17,269 nucleotides of DNA from a bacterium (GTDB lineage: Bacteria; Zhuqueibacterota; Zhuqueibacteria; Oceanimicrobiales; Oceanimicrobiaceae). Position numbers and translations under genes: made by a program. Positions within the stretch are counted from its first letter, which is position 1; the number at the start of each line of letters is the position of its first letter. The notes under the pieces are model-generated. The model had not been told where the DNA came from and searched no databases. It saw only the letters and a program-made list of their open reading frames with translations. Below are positions 7,490 through 15,850 of this stretch, in pieces. The stretch lies in NCBI GenBank assembly GCA_046758365.1, contig JBHIAC010000064.1:1-17269 (forward strand). Direction: 5' to 3'.

Positions 7490-8671
7490 TTGGCAGATTT
7501 ATTTTACAAATGTTATAATTTCACACGTGCAAGAGAACTTAAAGAACAGGGTTGGTATCCTTATTTTAAAGCTATTCAGTCTGGTGCCGATACTGAGGTT
7601 TGCATTGATGGCCGAAAACTTATTATGATTGGGTCAAATAACTATCTAGGCCTCACACAAGATGAGCGGATCAAGGTGGCTGCTATTAAAGCAATTGAAG
7701 ATTTTGGTTCGGGCTGTACCGGCTCGCGTTACCTCAATGGAACCTTATCACTTCACGAAGAATTAGAGGAAAAGTTAGCTGAATTTATGGGCAAGGAAGC
7801 AGCCCTGGTATTCTCGACAGGATTTCAAACCAATTTAGGTACCATTTCCACATTGGTTGGAAAAGATGATATGATCTTCGCAGACCGGAGCGACCATGCC
7901 AGTATTGTCGATGGTTGTCGTCTCGCATTTGGTAAAATGATGAAATTTAAACATAATGATATGCAAGATTTGGAACGATTGCTGTCTGCCAACCAGGTGC
8001 GCGGAAAAATAATTATAGTAGATGGGGTTTTCAGTATGGAAGGTGATTTAATCAATCTTCCAGAAGTAGTGAGGTTAGCAAAAAAATACGATGCTCGAGT
8101 TATGGTTGATGATGCCCATTCGATCGGCATTTTTGGTAAAAACGGACGTGGAACTGCAGAACATTTTGGCCTTGAAGATGATGTAGACATCGTTATGGGG
8201 ACTTTTAGTAAGTCTTTTGCTACTTTGGGTGGTTTTATTGTTTCAAATGCTCGGGTCATAGATTATATTAAACACCATTCTCGGGCTCTCATATTTTCTG
8301 CCAGCATGACCCCTGCAGCCGTGGCCTCGGTCCTTGCAGCGTTAGAAATTATCAAGAATGAACCTGAAAGAAGAGAAAGACTATGGCAAATTGTCCGCAA
8401 AATGAAGACAGCTTTTGATGAATTGGGATTTAATACGTGCGAAAGCCAGAGTCCCGTTATTCCCATTTTTATCGGCACCATGATGGATACTTTTGTTTTT
8501 TGGAAGCGCTTGTTTGACAACGGTGTTTTTGCAAATCCAGCCATTCCACCAGCCGTAGCCCCAGGTCAATGCTTGATTCGAACAAGTTACATGGCTACTC
8601 ACACTGACGAAGAATTAAACAAAGTTCTTGATGTTTTCGAAAAGTTAGGAAAAGAGTTTAGTCTTATTTAG
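7490..8671 (+). CDS. spt: Serine palmitoyltransferase (PLP-dependent alpha-oxoamine synthase)
   Basis: GSNNYLGL, HASIVDG, DDAH and GTFSKS (PLP lysine). N-terminal YPYF and GSRYLNGT fit Spt better than Kbl (SVRFICGT) or BioF (ASRLVSG-like). SD GAGGAG at 7476-7481, TTG start. Confidence 0.82.
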   Translation: MADLFYKCYNFTRARELKEQGWYPYFKAIQSGADTEVCIDGRKLIMIGSNNYLGLTQDERIKVAAIKAIEDFGSGCTGSRYLNGTLSLHEELEEKLAEFMGKEAALVFSTGFQTNLGTISTLVGKDDMIFADRSDHASIVDGCRLAFGKMMKFKHNDMQDLERLLSANQVRGKIIIVDGVFSMEGDLINLPEVVRLAKKYDARVMVDDAHSIGIFGKNGRGTAEHFGLEDDVDIVMGTFSKSFATLGGFIVSNARVIDYIKHHSRALIFSASMTPAAVASVLAALEIIKNEPERRERLWQIVRKMKTAFDELGFNTCESQSPVIPIFIGTMMDTFVFWKRLFDNGVFANPAIPPAVAPGQCLIRTSYMATHTDEELNKVLDVFEKLGKEFSLI

Positions 8672-8755
8672 TATTTATAGTATTACTAATCAAATCTTTG
8701 TTTTTTTGGGCAAGAAAAAATGATTAATAATATCCCAGAACCAAATCATCAAAAT

Positions 8756-8858
8756 AGTCATTCAGTCATTGTGTCATTTGCCTTCGGCGTCATTGAACCC
8801 TGACTGCAAACCTAGCTAATGACTATAGATGACAGCGAAGCGTTATGACTTAATGACT
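8756..8858. repeat. Inverted array of short GTCATT/AATGAC repeats
   Basis: Four GTCATT copies (8757, 8765, 8773, 8789) mirrored by four ATGAC copies (about 8819, 8829, 8845, 8853). Confidence 0.7.
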
Positions 8859-8913
8859 CCATTATTTTTTATCTAAACGTACGAATAAGCAAATCCCTAC
8901 AATTCTGAAATTT

Positions 8914-8926
8914 GCGGCTTCGCCGC
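8914..8926. repeat. Short GC-rich hairpin
   Basis: GCGGC-TTC-GCCGC in an AT-rich spacer. Confidence 0.5.
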
Positions 8927-9016
8927 GCTAAGTTGTTTAATTTTTTTGTGAGGTCGTAGTATTTTGCTACGGCCTTTTTTATAAATGCCATACCAGATAG
9001 GATAAGGATGCATGTA

Positions 9017-10135
9017 ATGAACATCGAGATTGTACCTGTTAAAAGTAAAAAAGCTCTTAATGAATTTATCAAACTTCCTTGGAAAATTTATAAAGACAAT
9101 CCCTTCTGGGTACCACCTCTCATTATGGATATGAAAAAAATGCTAAATAAGAAAAAAAACCCATTTTTCCAACATTCAGAAGCAGAACTGTTTTTAGCTA
9201 AAAGCAAGGGGGAAGTAGTCGGACGAGTTGCAGCCATCCTTAATAAAAATCATAACAAATTTCATAATGAGCAAACTGGATTTTTTGGATTTTTTGAAAG
9301 CATAAAAGAATCTAAAGTCTCCAACGAACTTTTAAACACCGCACAGTCATGGGTAAAAGCAAAAGGTATGAGGGTTCTTCGAGGCCCTATGAATTTTTCG
9401 ACTAATGAAACTTGCGGCTTTCTCTCCGAGGGGTTTGATGCAAGTCCGGTGATTATGATGCCATATAATCCTAAATATTACCTGGAACTTATGGAAAAAT
9501 TTGGATTAAAGCGAATCAAGGAACTATATGCTTACTATTTTGATCGGGACATGCCAATACCAGAACGCTTTGCAGCCATTGCCCAGAAAACTCAACAAGA
9601 CAAAAGCATTCAGTTAAGAAAAATAAATTTAAAAGAGATTTGGAATGAAGTTGAGCGGATACAGACTATTTACAACGATGCCTGGAGCCGTAACTGGGGA
9701 TTTGTACCCATGACCAACGCTGAAATTAAACACCTGGCCAAAGAACTCAAACCCATTGCAGATCCAGACGTTATTTATTTTGCAGAAGTGAATGGTGAAA
9801 TAGCTGGTTTTTCATTGGCGCTTCCAGATTATAACCAAGTATTAAAGGACATAAATGGTCGGTTACTTCCATTTGGAATATTTAAGCTATTAATTAATAG
9901 AAAAAAAATCAATAAGATTCGGGTAATTACTTTAGGGGTCAGACAAAAATTTCAAAAGAAACGAGGCTTAGCGCCTACTTTTTATTATGAAACTTATACT
10001 AGAGGAAAAAAGAAAGGTTACTCTTTGGGGGAATTTTCATGGATATTAGAGGATAATGTTTTAATGAATCGCTCCCTTAAAGCTCTGGGTGCAAAGCTTT
10101 ATAAAAAGTACACCATTTACGAAAAGTTAATTTAG
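9017..10135 (+). CDS. GNAT-fold N-acyltransferase, bacterial ceramide synthase (bCerS/YghO-like)
   Basis: FIKLPWKIY...WVPPL...NPFF, VGRVAA, GFFGFFE, RGPMNFSTNE, PYNPKYY, WGFVP, LPDYN and SWILEDN motifs of this family. AAGGA at 9004-9008 favours ATG 9017 over 9008. Confidence 0.8.
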   Translation: MNIEIVPVKSKKALNEFIKLPWKIYKDNPFWVPPLIMDMKKMLNKKKNPFFQHSEAELFLAKSKGEVVGRVAAILNKNHNKFHNEQTGFFGFFESIKESKVSNELLNTAQSWVKAKGMRVLRGPMNFSTNETCGFLSEGFDASPVIMMPYNPKYYLELMEKFGLKRIKELYAYYFDRDMPIPERFAAIAQKTQQDKSIQLRKINLKEIWNEVERIQTIYNDAWSRNWGFVPMTNAEIKHLAKELKPIADPDVIYFAEVNGEIAGFSLALPDYNQVLKDINGRLLPFGIFKLLINRKKINKIRVITLGVRQKFQKKRGLAPTFYYETYTRGKKKGYSLGEFSWILEDNVLMNRSLKALGAKLYKKYTIYEKLI

Positions 10136-10300
10136 GGGGTGAGAAGAAATAATTTGGAGTTTTGTTCTATTCTAACCTTCAGGGGGTGGGATAGAAAGAT
10201 GGTATAAAAATATATTTAAGCATTTTGATTTATCCCACCCCCTAAATAAAAATAACAAGAGAATGATTCAAAAAATGGTAATTTATTTTTTCTCACCCCC
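10135..10300. mobile_element. Candidate MITE with nested inverted repeats
   Basis: Outer IR 10134-10155/10280-10301 (20/22 match), inner IR 10181-10193/10231-10243 (13/13). TTA is directly repeated at 10132-10134 and 10301-10303. Confidence 0.5.
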
Positions 10301-10304
10301 TTAG

Positions 10305-10640
10305 TCAATCAATCCAGTAAAGAATTCTTCCACAACCTTCACAAGTAATGATTTCTTGATCGCTTCGTCCTCTTGTAGAGAGAGAGGTGGGAATTTTCAT
10401 AAAACAGCCCAAACAAACGTTGTCCTTTACAGGTACAATAGAGCGCCGATAACGAGCTTTCAATTTTTCATAATTAGACAAAAGAGGTTTTCTGATTTTT
10501 TGAATCAACTCATCCCTCGCTTCTATTAGTTTCTCTTTACCAGCGATTTCAAATCCTAATTCCTTAACCTCCTCTATATCTCTTATCATTATATCTAAAT
10601 CTTGCAAAGCCACCAAAAATTCTAATTGTTTATTTAACAT
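10305..10640 (-). CDS. C4-type zinc-ribbon protein (DUF164-like), short form
   Basis: LVALQDLD N-terminus, YEKLK...IVPV...CLGCFMKIP...IITCEGCGRILY. Confidence 0.85.
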   Translation of the reverse strand: MLNKQLEFLVALQDLDIMIRDIEEVKELGFEIAGKEKLIEARDELIQKIRKPLLSNYEKLKARYRRSIVPVKDNVCLGCFMKIPTSLSTRGRSDQEIITCEGCGRILYWID

Positions 10641-11101
10641 TCAGTCCCCATAAGTATATTTATAAATTCGTCATAGGTCTGCACCTGCAGTAATTGCTTT
10701 CGATTATTATGATTGTTTAATATCTCGACTAATTTTCCTAAAATTGGCAGATAGCGATTGTTTTCTTCTTGGGGTGGGGCAATGACCATAAAGATCAAAT
10801 GAACCAGCTTTTTATCGATAGCATGAAATTCTATCCCATTTAACGATTTACCAAATGCAATATTCACATCCATTGCAGCAGTTGTTCTGCCATGCGGAAT
10901 TGCTACGCCTTTTCCTATTCCAGTGCTGCCTAATGATTCTCTTTTGTAAAGCATCTCTAAAAATAACCGCTTATTTCTGATAAGCTTTGACCTTATGAAT
11001 AAATTCGCTAATTCGATTAATGATTCTTCCTTAGTTTTAGCACTAAGGCTTGGTAAAAATAGATCCTTGCTAAAGTATTTTGCTAATTCTTTATTCTCCA
11101 T
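10634..11101 (-). CDS. PTS EIIA domain protein (fructose/Ntr type, PtsN-like)
   Basis: RESLGSTGIGKGVAIPHGR phospho-His motif. Start MENKEL at 11101 avoids overlap with the upstream gene. The stop overlaps the start of the next gene. Confidence 0.9.
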   Translation of the reverse strand: MENKELAKYFSKDLFLPSLSAKTKEESLIELANLFIRSKLIRNKRLFLEMLYKRESLGSTGIGKGVAIPHGRTTAAMDVNIAFGKSLNGIEFHAIDKKLVHLIFMVIAPPQEENNRYLPILGKLVEILNNHNNRKQLLQVQTYDEFINILMGTEC

Positions 11102-11138
11102 CCTTTCACCACCTTTGAGTTTATTTCTAGGCTTTTTA

Positions 11139-11399
11139 TTACTCCAAATTACTTGCATTTTCCATGACCTCTCTCAAAGCAGGGACTATATACAAATTTT
11201 CTAAGTCCAGTTTAACTCTTAATTCTTTGGCTAAAACATTTATTTTTTGTCTAATGTTTAACTCTTTATTAATAATCATTTGTTCTTTTTCTCTATAACG
11301 ACATAAGCCCCCCATAAAATCGCCCTTCTCATAGCGCACTTCAATAGATAGTTCGGCCACGAGTCTTTCAAGCTCTAACAAAATATCTTCATCAGTCAT
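11139..11399 (-). CDS. Hypothetical protein (86 aa)
   Basis: Co-oriented ORF within the operon, with motif EVRYE...GGLCR...IIN...LAKEL...YIVPALRE. Confidence 0.75.
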   Translation of the reverse strand: MTDEDILLELERLVAELSIEVRYEKGDFMGGLCRYREKEQMIINKELNIRQKINVLAKELRVKLDLENLYIVPALREVMENASNLE

Positions 11400-11432
11400 A
11401 CTTTTTAATGTCCAATTTGCTTAGGTTGTGTG

Positions 11433-12503
11433 TTAAAGATACCGGTTAAGTTTTTTCCTTTTAGCAATTTCCACGATCTCTTTTACTTCTTGGGCCTGAT
11501 GTCGATCACATATAAGAATAGCATCTTCAGTATCAATTAAGATTAGATTGTCTAATCCTAAAACGGCCACCAATTTATTGGGAGAATCGATAAAACATCT
11601 TTTTGCATTTTTCATGATATGATTGCCCACCAAAACATTGCCCTGATTGTCTTTCGGCATAAGTTTGTACACTTCATCCCAACTGCCTAAATCATTCCAT
11701 CCAAAATTTCCTTTTAAAACCACCACATCTTTCGCATACTCCATGACGCCATAATCAATGGAAATACTTTTAATTTGGCAGTAAACTCGATTTATAGTTT
11801 CAGCTTCTTTTTCCGTTCCCAAATACTCTTTAATCTCTAAAAGACCATGGTAAAGATCAGGAAGATGTTCTTCTATTTCCCGAAGGATAGTTTTGATTTT
11901 CCAAACAAATATGCCACTATTCCACAAGAATTCCTCACTATTAAGAAATCTCTGAGCCGTGTCCAGATTCGGCTTTTCGGCGAAGGTCTTAACTTTAAGG
12001 ACAGAGATTCCATTGATATTTTTTATTTCTTGATTGAATTGTATATACCCATAACCCGTTGCGGGATAGTTAGGCTCTATACCGATTGTAACTAAGCACT
12101 CTCGTTCGGCTGCAACTTTAGCTCCAACTTTCAAGGTTTTGATAAAGGTTTCATTATTCTCAATGAGGTGATCCGCTGGCAAAACTACCATAATATCATC
12201 AGGATCAATTTGTTCCATGAATAAAGCTGAAAGCCCAATGCAAGGGGCGGTATTCTTACCACGCGGTTCAATAATTAAATTTTCTTCATTGAGAAAAGGT
12301 AAATGCCTTTTTACTTCAACAACTTGCGTTTCCGTAGTCACAATAAATAAATGGCTATTAGGAACCATAGGTTTTAACCTATCTACTGTATTTTGAATCA
12401 TGGATCTTTCGTTAAAAATTTTTAAAAGCTGTTTTGGATTTTTTACTCGACTTTTCGGCCAAAAGCGTTTACCAGAGCCACCAGCCATGATTAAGCCAAA
12501 CAT
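11433..12503 (-). CDS. manC: Mannose-1-phosphate guanylyltransferase
   Basis: MAGGSGKRFWPKSR..PKQ, EPRGKNTAP, PADH, TGYGYI, FAEKP, WNSG, SIDYGVME and WNDLGSW motifs. No C-terminal cupin isomerase domain. SD AGGAGG. Confidence 0.93.
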   Translation of the reverse strand: MFGLIMAGGSGKRFWPKSRVKNPKQLLKIFNERSMIQNTVDRLKPMVPNSHLFIVTTETQVVEVKRHLPFLNEENLIIEPRGKNTAPCIGLSALFMEQIDPDDIMVVLPADHLIENNETFIKTLKVGAKVAAERECLVTIGIEPNYPATGYGYIQFNQEIKNINGISVLKVKTFAEKPNLDTAQRFLNSEEFLWNSGIFVWKIKTILREIEEHLPDLYHGLLEIKEYLGTEKEAETINRVYCQIKSISIDYGVMEYAKDVVVLKGNFGWNDLGSWDEVYKLMPKDNQGNVLVGNHIMKNAKRCFIDSPNKLVAVLGLDNLILIDTEDAILICDRHQAQEVKEIVEIAKRKKLNRYL

Positions 12504-12550
12504 GTATAAGACCTCCTATTTTGATTAGATTTAATGGTGAATATTAACAT

Positions 12551-12604
12551 AAAAAAAGCCATTGGTTTTAAGATTCTTTCAAAATACTTTAGTCAACCAA
12601 TGGC
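12551..12604 (-). terminator. Intrinsic-terminator-like hairpin in the manC leader
   Basis: GCCATTGGTT (12558-12567) / AACCAATGGC (12595-12604), followed by T7 on the minus strand. Confidence 0.6.
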
Positions 12605-12686
12605 CACAATGAGTGAGCAAATATATACGAATAAAATGTAATTCCCTTAAGATATCCAACTTTTTCTCTGTCTAAAGATGCAATAA

Positions 12687-12715
12687 AATTTATAAATTCT
12701 ATTTGTTAAAATCAA
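12687..12715 (-). promoter_or_regulatory. Sigma-70-type promoter of the manC operon
   Basis: TTGATT-N17-TAAATT on the minus strand. Confidence 0.45.
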
Positions 12716-12785
12716 GAACTTTTCAAACTAGATTTTAAAGTAGAAATAACACGCCCCTTTAGAAATTTTAGATTCGATTTAATTA

Positions 12786-12812
12786 AAGGCACTTAAGTAT
12801 TTTAAGTGCCTT
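12786..12812 (-). terminator. Terminator after trxA
   Basis: AAGGCACTTAA-N5-TTAAGTGCCTT 11-bp stem, 20 nt past the trxA stop. Confidence 0.65.
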
Positions 12813-12832
12813 CTGATTCTTTAAAAGGCATG

Positions 12833-13156
12833 TTATAGTCTTGCTTCTAACTTTGATTTAATATGATTTTTGGGAACCGCGCCTACAATCTGATCTACTA
12901 CTTCACCATTCTTAAAAATTAAAAGTGAAGGAATGCTTCTAATGCCATATTTGCTGGCCACGTTTTGATTGCTGTCAACATCTAATTTACCAATTTTTGC
13001 TTGACCTTCAAATTCATTAGCTAATTCTTCTACATAGGGGGCTATCATTTTACAAGGACCACACCAATCGGCCCAAAAGTCTACTAAAACAGGAACACCC
13101 GATGAAAGAACTTCTTTTTCAAAATTTTCATCAGTTATGGTAATGGGTTTGGCCAT
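12833..13156 (-). CDS. trxA: Thioredoxin
   Basis: [11 protein letters not shown] active site, 107 aa, SD AGGAGAGG. Confidence 0.97.
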   Translation of the reverse strand: MAKPITITDENFEKEVLSSGVPVLVDFWADWCGPCKMIAPYVEELANEFEGQAKIGKLDVDSNQNVASKYGIRSIPSLLIFKNGEVVDQIVGAVPKNHIKSKLEARL

Positions 13157-13208
13157 ATTTACCTCTCCTTTTGATTATAAATGTCTTTAATTAAACCTAT
13201 CGGTGTTA

Positions 13209-13237
13209 AAGATAAAAAGCTTTTTAGAAAATATCAA
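13209..13237 (-). promoter_or_regulatory. Sigma-70-type promoter of trxA
   Basis: TTGATA-N17-TATCTT on the minus strand. Confidence 0.5.
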
Positions 13238-13244
13238 GGGATTT

Positions 13245-14126
13245 TTATTTGTGAAATGCAACGCGCACTCCACCACCAAGGATGCTGGCACGCGAGGTAT
13301 TGCGTCCAGCAAGAACCTGTTCAAAAACAAAAGATAAATCAAACCAGAAATTAATGTGGTATATTAGCTGCACCTGGGCCTTTAAAAAATCTTCTACAGC
13401 GCCGGTTCCAATAAAATTTAGAACCATCCCATCCGTAACTCTAAAATCTTGTTGCCCCTGCTTTTCAGTAATACTACGAATGCCATATACCTGACCAATA
13501 AGCAAATAATTTTTAGTCAAATTTACCCCGAACTCAAAAGCAAAAGGAATTTCATCCACAGGTTCGCTGGAGCGGGCGCGATAGCCAAAATCGAGATTGA
13601 TATAGCCATGGTAATTAAGGATTGGGCGTCCAAGTAAGAAGTGAAAATCGAAGTCTGTTTGACCATCTCCCAATGGCGGAGCGGAATTTAATTGCTCTTC
13701 ATTGGCCTGGTAGCCAGGAGCGATTTTTACGCCGCTTTGTACAGATACAATCCAGCTTTTCTGAGATAAGCGATAACGAAAACCTCCATAAATATCCCCC
13801 AATCCCGTTGATGTATGATCACAGCCTGAAGTTACACAGGAGAAATTTAGTTTTTTAAAAGAGAGACTTGTGATAAATGTTAGGTTGTCGTACAGGCCGT
13901 ACTCCTGATAATAGTAAAAACCTAAGTCTAAGACCTTGCCATTGTCTGCCAGGCGTTCTCGATCGCCATTCAACAAGTATTGCGAAGAGGATTCAAATCT
14001 GAGTAAGCTGATTTTTGAATAGAAATGGCCTTTCTTTTGAGTCCAAGCGCCAGCCAAGGCCTGTTGGTGAGACGAAATCGCCAAACAAGTAATTGTAAGA
14101 ATGATAAAGAGAAACTGAGGCATCAT
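13245..14126 (-). CDS. Exported hypothetical protein, probable outer-membrane beta-barrel
   Basis: Signal peptide ending ALA-GAWTQKKG. Alternating aromatic/Gly beta-strand pattern (YYYQEYGL, GLGDIYGGFRYRL, LDFGYRAR) and terminal GVRVAF. Confidence 0.7.
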   Translation of the reverse strand: MMPQFLFIILTITCLAISSHQQALAGAWTQKKGHFYSKISLLRFESSSQYLLNGDRERLADNGKVLDLGFYYYQEYGLYDNLTFITSLSFKKLNFSCVTSGCDHTSTGLGDIYGGFRYRLSQKSWIVSVQSGVKIAPGYQANEEQLNSAPPLGDGQTDFDFHFLLGRPILNYHGYINLDFGYRARSSEPVDEIPFAFEFGVNLTKNYLLIGQVYGIRSITEKQGQQDFRVTDGMVLNFIGTGAVEDFLKAQVQLIYHINFWFDLSFVFEQVLAGRNTSRASILGGGVRVAFHK

Positions 14127-14259
14127 TTGCCTAAAATTTGGTTGCCGCCTTTAAGAGTAAAATTTTTAGTTAAGCGTTTGATATTAATGAAGATCCTCCT
14201 TCGTATTTATATAACCGCTGAAAATGATATTATCTTCCCAGAGTATTTTTGATTAAATC

Positions 14260-15720
14260 TTAGATTCTTCTTTTTATCTGCACAAGTGACATTAATGATA
14301 GGTATAAAAATCCAAACTGAAACAGTAGAAAGAATGGAATTGAAAAATAAACATGATTTTTCACCGCAAAATAAACACTAAAACTAAAATAAATTCCGAG
14401 AAAAAATTCCAAGAAAGGAAGAAAATTTTTCTCAGCAGAATAAATTTTGTTTTTCCAAAGATCCCGTTTGGACTCAATACGATATTTGGGTGTTCGCTTG
14501 AAGTCTGTTCGGTAGTTAAAGAAAGCTTCCAGAACCGCTTTGCTGTTATTAATTGAGAGCGCAATGCCAAAAGCCATCATGCCGGGAATGTAGCGCAATC
14601 TTTGTAGCCAATCAGGATACAGAGCTCGTTGACAGACTACATAAAAGAGAAAAACCGAAACCGTAGCTGAAAAGAAGAGAAATAAATAAACATAAATAAA
14701 ACGAGTCCACTCATTATTAAATTGAATGATTGTCACCGGCAGAATAAATATGGAAGGGATCGCCATCAGAAGATAACTAAAATTGCTGATGAGATGTACA
14801 AATGCTTCCCATTTCACTTTTAAAGGTAAGGTGCTTTTAAAAATCTTTGGCAGTAACTTTTTGGCTGTTTGAATCGAACCTTTAGCCCAGCGGTACTGCT
14901 GCGATTTAAAAGCATTCATTACCACGGGAAGTTCTGCCGGGGCGACAACATCAGGTAAATATACAAATTTCCAGCCAGCGAGTTGTGCCCGATAGCTTAA
15001 ATCCAAGTCTTCTGTTAAGGTGTCGTGCTGCCATCCGCCAGCGGATTCGATGGCTTGCTTTCGCCAAATACCCGCAGTCCCATTAAAATTAAAAAACCTC
15101 CCAGAACGATTACGGGCCGTATGCTCAATCACAAAATGCCCATCCAAAAAGACTGATTGAATTTGGGTAAGCAGTGAATAATTTTGATTGATGTGTCCCC
15201 AACGGACTTGAACCATACCCACCTTTTCATGCACAAAGTAAGGGAGCGTTTTTTTTAGATAATCAGGTTTTGGAACAAAATCAGCGTCAAAGATAGCTAT
15301 AAATTCTCCTTTAGCCTTTTTTAATCCTTCTTCTAAAGCCCCGGCTTTAAAACCAGTACGCTTTTCTCGGTGGATGTACTGGATATCGAATCCTTGTTTT
15401 CGGAATGCTTCTGTCCAATTCTTTGTCACTTGTTGGGTTTCGTCCGTGGAATCGTCCAGCACTTGAATTTCTAATAAATCTTTTGGATATTCAAGATTAC
15501 AGACCGCTTTGATGAGTCTTTCTACTACATATTTTTCATTATAAATGGGAAGCTGAACAGTCACTCTGGGAGGCGTTTCAAATTCTCCCGGTTCAATTGC
15601 TGGTCGATTTCTGTATTTCCAAAATAAGTATAAGAGATAATATTTGTGCAGTCCAAAAAGTGCAAGCATCAGAATGACTATTCCATATACCACGATTAAT
15701 AAGATTTCAACGACAGACAT
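14260..15720 (-). CDS. Cellulose-synthase-like processive GT2 glycosyltransferase
   Basis: QLPIYNE, DDS, KAG, DADF, TED and QQYRW (D,D,D,QxxRW signature). One N-terminal and several C-terminal TM helices. No PilZ domain evident. Confidence 0.92.
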   Translation of the reverse strand: MSVVEILLIVVYGIVILMLALFGLHKYYLLYLFWKYRNRPAIEPGEFETPPRVTVQLPIYNEKYVVERLIKAVCNLEYPKDLLEIQVLDDSTDETQQVTKNWTEAFRKQGFDIQYIHREKRTGFKAGALEEGLKKAKGEFIAIFDADFVPKPDYLKKTLPYFVHEKVGMVQVRWGHINQNYSLLTQIQSVFLDGHFVIEHTARNRSGRFFNFNGTAGIWRKQAIESAGGWQHDTLTEDLDLSYRAQLAGWKFVYLPDVVAPAELPVVMNAFKSQQYRWAKGSIQTAKKLLPKIFKSTLPLKVKWEAFVHLISNFSYLLMAIPSIFILPVTIIQFNNEWTRFIYVYLFLFFSATVSVFLFYVVCQRALYPDWLQRLRYIPGMMAFGIALSINNSKAVLEAFFNYRTDFKRTPKYRIESKRDLWKNKIYSAEKNFLPFLEFFLGIYFSFSVYFAVKNHVYFSIPFFLLFQFGFLYLSLMSLVQIKRRI

Positions 15721-15821
15721 TTTTTAGCTTCAATCCTCTCATTAGAAATTTTCCACCTACAAGTCAAGATGAATTAACAGAACGCATCTCTTTTCTATTC
15801 CAATATTTTTTATTTAGAATA

Positions 15822-15850
15822 AATTTATAAAAAACGACTCTTGAAGTCAA
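15822..15850 (-). promoter_or_regulatory. Sigma-70-type promoter of the GT2 gene
   Basis: TTGACT-N17-TAAATT on the minus strand. Confidence 0.5.

Noticed and set aside
7490..8671. Annotation as bioF or kbl
   Set aside because: The YPYF and GSRYLNGT motifs plus the adjacent bCerS-like GNAT favour Spt, and no bio or tdh genes are nearby. Not fully excluded without a phylogeny.
8756..8858. Repeats considered as a CRISPR array
   Set aside because: Units are only 5-8 bp and inverted, there are no spacer-length intervals, and no cas genes are present
6303..9072. ORFs 6303-6485, 6461-6655, 7825-8259, 8263-8544, 8381-8602 and 8869-9072
   Set aside because: Antisense shadows of the SDR, spt and GNAT genes
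10995..14570. ORFs 10995-11204, 11847-12095, 13282-13494, 13449-13637, 13622-13858, 14025-14252, 14353-14556 and 14361-14570
   Set aside because: They overlap confident genes in other frames or strands
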